From a candidate division FCPU426 bacterium (GTDB lineage Bacteria > Oederibacteriota > Muellerivitia > Muellerivitales > Muellerivitaceae), in contig CAWKAR010000029.1 of the NCBI GenBank assembly GCA_963847625.1, forward strand, positions 27,360-91,359: DNA of 64,000 nt. The letters are read 5' to 3'. Shown here in pieces: positions 60,790 through 64,000 of this stretch. The translations under genes were made by a program, and so were the position numbers. The notes beneath the pieces were generated by a model. The model saw only the letters and a program-made list of their open reading frames with translations. It was not told the origin of the DNA and did no database searches. The stretch's first letter is position 1. Every line of letters begins with the position of its first letter.

Positions 60790-60950
60790 AAAAATCCTTG
60801 TAAATAAACAACAAAACTAATTTTTTTGCTCCAGCTTCCTGATCAAATGTCACTGTTGAAGGTGCCACAAAATGACAGGGTGTGACAAACCTTCTGTGCC
60901 AAATCTGTGCCACTGTTTTTTCGAATGCAACCCTTCGCAGGTTGCACTCC
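60790..60950 (+). repeat. att-like site 2 arm block and core-like palindrome
   Basis: 60862-60913 matches 32603-32654; TGCAACC-CTTCGCA-GGTTGCA at 60926-60946. Confidence 0.85.
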
Positions 60951-60985
60951 TGTAGTGTTCACAAAATATCTTCCGGAATTTCCTG

Positions 60986-61996
60986 TTAAGCACGACAATT
61001 TTTTCCGCCCCTCAGAATGTTAATCAAGTGATTTTTCTCAAGTGTTTCGTAAATAGCTAACCGCTCCGCTTTTCGTTTTTCTCTGGGTGTTTCACCTCCT
61101 TGTACCGCTTTTTTAATATTCCTGCAAGCTTCCAGGTAGAAAGTCTCCCGATCAACCAGCGAAGGGCCTTTCACAAGGCTGTTTTCAAGCTGCTGGGCGC
61201 TCTGATAACCTTTGCTGGCCCTAGGTCGGCCATCTAGCAGGTGCCACGTTTTCGCTAAGCACGATACTGCTTCTTGCACAGCACGAAATCCAACCCCTTT
61301 TTCCAGGCTGGATTCCGCCTTTATTTCGCCGATTCCTCGCTCAGCGGCCCCATTGTCCTGCGGTGTTCGGGGTCGAGAAAGCAGATGAATCACTTTTTCG
61401 TGTCGTAGGTAGTCTGTTAATTTTTCGTTTTTGTAGGCCGAACCATTGTCGGTCGACCAAACCAAAGGCAGTCCTGTTTTCTTTTTTTGCAGCTCCAACA
61501 TGGTCAATATATTTTCTGCTTTAGCAGCGGGTCCGACTGCCAGACCCTTAAAACCCAAAGTCGCTCGATCTTTGATTACTTCTGCCTGCAATGCTACTTT
61601 TCCAACACGCCCAATGTGCGCCGCGTCCTGCGCCCAGATCACATCTTTTGCCAACACCTCTACGCTCACCCGGTTTTTCTCGGCCAACTCCCTCAACTTT
61701 TTCCTGTGTCTCGCCTTTATTTGGGACAGGCTTTCCTGCACCAACCTCGTCGATACTTTGCCGCGAAGGATGGCCGCAATAGATCTCCATCCTGTAGTCC
61801 AACCAAAATCCCTCACTTGACGCCTTACTGCCAACTTAGCCCGATACCTTGCACTCGCGGAATACGCGGGGCGTCCCTGTTTTCTTTTTTGATTATGCGC
61901 CCCGCGAATCCAATTATTCAGCGTCCTCTCACTCACCTGAAGTTGGCTGGATAGAAGCTTCCGTTGGCCCCGGCAATTTTTCTTCCCCAACAACAT
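60986..61996 (-). CDS. Integrase-core DDE transposase (second in the element; start uncertain)
   Basis: HTH VSERTLNNW; WAQD, STDNGSAY, PQDNGAAER. Confidence 0.85.
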   Translation of the reverse strand: MLLGKKNCRGQRKLLSSQLQVSERTLNNWIRGAHNQKRKQGRPAYSASARYRAKLAVRRQVRDFGWTTGWRSIAAILRGKVSTRLVQESLSQIKARHRKKLRELAEKNRVSVEVLAKDVIWAQDAAHIGRVGKVALQAEVIKDRATLGFKGLAVGPAAKAENILTMLELQKKKTGLPLVWSTDNGSAYKNEKLTDYLRHEKVIHLLSRPRTPQDNGAAERGIGEIKAESSLEKGVGFRAVQEAVSCLAKTWHLLDGRPRASKGYQSAQQLENSLVKGPSLVDRETFYLEACRNIKKAVQGGETPREKRKAERLAIYETLEKNHLINILRGGKNCRA

Positions 61997-62501
61997 TCCC
62001 GCTTGCCGGGCGAACCACCTTGGGCTTCTTTTTTTTCCCTCCCAACTCCTCCGCTTTTTTTAACACTTCCCGATTACCCGGCAGCTCCCTCAATAGCTTC
62101 ACCAGGTCTTTCATTAGATCAAGGTCCCGTTCTAGGTTCTGGATTTTTTTGTTCAGTTGCTTCGGGTCCTCCTCCGGTGGCAAGGCCTCCCTCATCTTTT
62201 TCTTGCCTGCCTTGGGTTGCTTCACCAACCCCGCCGCCAGGCCCGCCAACGCTTGTTGGGACAATTGCCACACTCGCAACGGTGGTATTTCCAGTTTCTG
62301 CGCCGCTTCCTCCTTCGTGACGCGACCCATCCAATATTCCAACATCACCGCCGCCGTTTGGTGCGCTTTCTCCTTCTCCTGCAGACTTGCCGTTTCCCAC
62401 AAGGCCTTCATTGGCAATGCCACATTCATTTGAAACTTGAATTTTCTCTTCATGCGGCCCTTGGAAATCCGTTTCTTTTCGCCCTTCTCGGCCTCTTCCA
62501 T
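61929..62501 (-). CDS. HTH plus coiled-coil accessory protein (IS3 OrfA-like)
   Basis: EEAAQKLEIPPLRVWQL HTH, LNKKIQNLERDLDLMKDL zipper; AGGAGG RBS. Confidence 0.7.
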   Translation of the reverse strand: MEEAEKGEKKRISKGRMKRKFKFQMNVALPMKALWETASLQEKEKAHQTAAVMLEYWMGRVTKEEAAQKLEIPPLRVWQLSQQALAGLAAGLVKQPKAGKKKMREALPPEEDPKQLNKKIQNLERDLDLMKDLVKLLRELPGNREVLKKAEELGGKKKKPKVVRPASGNVVGEEKLPGPTEASIQPTSGE

Positions 62502-63912
62502 TGGTATCCTCCTGGATTTTCACGCCCAAACCATTCAACCCTAGTTCTTGTACACGTCCATCCGGCGTCTGGATAACTACTTTCCCTTTCTCCCCATGCA
62601 TGGACACTTGTTGGTCCCCAATTTGACCCACCAAATATACCGGCTTCCTTGGTTCTTCACCTACAGCCAAACGCAATTCGTTCTTTTGCATGGCCGCTTC
62701 CAGCGCTTTTCTGACCTCATTTTCCACCCCGAAAAACCGATCCGCTGGCACCATTCCATCGATTCCCTGATGTGGCCGAAAATGATTGTAGTGGTTGATG
62801 AAATGCCCCAATCGTTCCTTTGCCTCGGCTAAATCCTGTGGCTGATATCGTCCCCAGAATTCTTCCATGACCGTTGCCCAGAAACGCTCAGTCTTTCCAA
62901 CCGTCTGTGGATGATGAGTACGCGCAACCACGTGCTGGATACCTTTTTTACGCAAGAGCCGTTGGAAATCGCCTTTCCCGCGCCAAGCGAAATACTGCCG
63001 CCCTTGGTCTGTGAGAACTTCCTTGGGTTGCCCAAACCGGTCTATTCCCGAAAGAAGAGCCTCAACCACGATTTCTTGTTTTTGTTGAAAGGCCAGTCTC
63101 CAAGAAACAATGTACCGACTGTAGTCATCCAGGAACACAGTCAAGTAAACCCGTTGCCCGTATCGAGGGAGGACGAAACTCGTGATGTCGCTTTGCCACA
63201 AGTCCCCCGCGCGAGACCGCTCAAAACGCCGAGGTAGTTGTGACTTTTCCCGTCTTCTCTTCATCCTCCCGCTTGGATATCCTTTGCCTTTGAGAGCGTT
63301 ACGGACACTGCTGGTACTTACCCTGACGCCGGCGATTCGGCCTAGAAAATTTTTCACTTTCCTCAAACCAAAATCCGGATTTTCTTGTTTTACCTTCTCA
63401 ATGAGTTCCCGCACTCCTTTTCGCCGGGGTCGGCCACCGGGTTTTCTGCCCTCAAGGGCTTTAGGCCCTCCAGTTCGGTACTTCTGAAGCCAACCTTCCA
63501 GTGTGTTTTCGCTTACGCCCCATACTCTTGCGAAATCATGGACTGACGATCCAGATTTCATGAACATTTCCACAGCCTGTCGACGTTCTTCCGGCTTGAA
63601 TGGCCCATCGTGGTGTCCTGATACGAGATATTGGTTGTGCCGCTTTCTCATCCACTCCTCGCCCTCAATCCGATACTTCTTTAGCCAGCAATTAAAGGTC
63701 GAACCATTTATTCCATGGGTGATGCAAAAGGATCGCTGGGAGCCACCGATTTTCAGGTATTCCTTGACCAAAAACAGACGCTTTTCAAGGCTGTCCACAG
63801 GTTCTTCTCCCTGTGTTGGCATCAAAGGTGGGTTATGCGAATTGATTTGTATGGGTGTGCTAAGTGAAGGAACTGCTTCTGCTTGATCTGATTGCTGCTG
63901 CTTTTCGTCCAT
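62119..63912 (-). CDS. IS481-family transposase
   Basis: Tandem HTHs, WQSDIT, LDDYSR, LTDQG, PQTVGKTERF, YNHFRPHQGI; low-complexity tail overlaps next ORF. Confidence 0.9.
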   Translation of the reverse strand: MDEKQQQSDQAEAVPSLSTPIQINSHNPPLMPTQGEEPVDSLEKRLFLVKEYLKIGGSQRSFCITHGINGSTFNCWLKKYRIEGEEWMRKRHNQYLVSGHHDGPFKPEERRQAVEMFMKSGSSVHDFARVWGVSENTLEGWLQKYRTGGPKALEGRKPGGRPRRKGVRELIEKVKQENPDFGLRKVKNFLGRIAGVRVSTSSVRNALKGKGYPSGRMKRRREKSQLPRRFERSRAGDLWQSDITSFVLPRYGQRVYLTVFLDDYSRYIVSWRLAFQQKQEIVVEALLSGIDRFGQPKEVLTDQGRQYFAWRGKGDFQRLLRKKGIQHVVARTHHPQTVGKTERFWATVMEEFWGRYQPQDLAEAKERLGHFINHYNHFRPHQGIDGMVPADRFFGVENEVRKALEAAMQKNELRLAVGEEPRKPVYLVGQIGDQQVSMHGEKGKVVIQTPDGRVQELGLNGLGVKIQEDTNGRGREGRKETDFQGPHEEKIQVSNECGIANEGLVGNGKSAGEGESAPNGGGDVGILDGSRHEGGSGAETGNTTVASVAIVPTSVGGPGGGVGEATQGRQEKDEGGLATGGGPEATEQKNPEPRTGP

Positions 63913-64000
63913 TTTACCCCTCCTGCCGGGGCTTATTTCCCGGCTTGAGAGGCGGAATTACCATCGCCGCTACACAAAAAATACGGAAAGACTTTTGTTA

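Larger units (their letters stand above)
60951..64000 (-). mobile_element. IS481-type element with three ORFs (right end just outside window)
   Basis: Starts TGTAGTGTTCACAAAATATCTTCCG; window ends CGGAAAGACTTTTGTTA, an imperfect inverted copy. Confidence 0.75.

Noticed and set aside
62029..62040. -1 frameshift site fusing the OrfA-like gene to the second transposase
   Set aside because: The downstream ORF is in the +1 frame, so a -1 slip at this A-run would not join them

Overview
Bacterial (diderm-type; host not assignable) 64 kb window in two halves. 1-29.4 kb is core-like: ribBA(3' end)-ribH-nusB, metallophosphoesterase, ligA, secA (three frameshifts, probably read errors), peptide ABC SBP and permeases, membrane glycosyltransferase with PA14-like tail, priA, rubrerythrin, sulfatase-fold membrane enzyme, two omptin-like barrels, a redoxin, a PAS-GAF-PAS-GGDEF-EAL protein, smpB and rnr. 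From 29.6 kb it is an integration hotspot: two PIN toxin-antitoxin pairs, a degenerate tRNA-Leu and two tRNA-Gly 5'-half att-like sites (32.46 and 60.72 kb) with conserved arm-type repeats that bracket a ~28 kb island. The island holds IS1380, IS30 and IS481-like elements (one triple nest), a degenerate NtrC-type regulator and the main find: a KS/CLF-ACP-DH-KR-PPTase-SDR-flavoenzyme acyl-chain cluster in one apparent operon with a Ralstonia-type phcB-phcS-phcR methyl-ester quorum-sensing cassette, i.e. a candidate signalling system that builds its own acyl signal. More two-component, STAS and PilZ genes follow, then a two-transposase element running off the right edge. All family calls come from reading motifs by eye; no searches were run.
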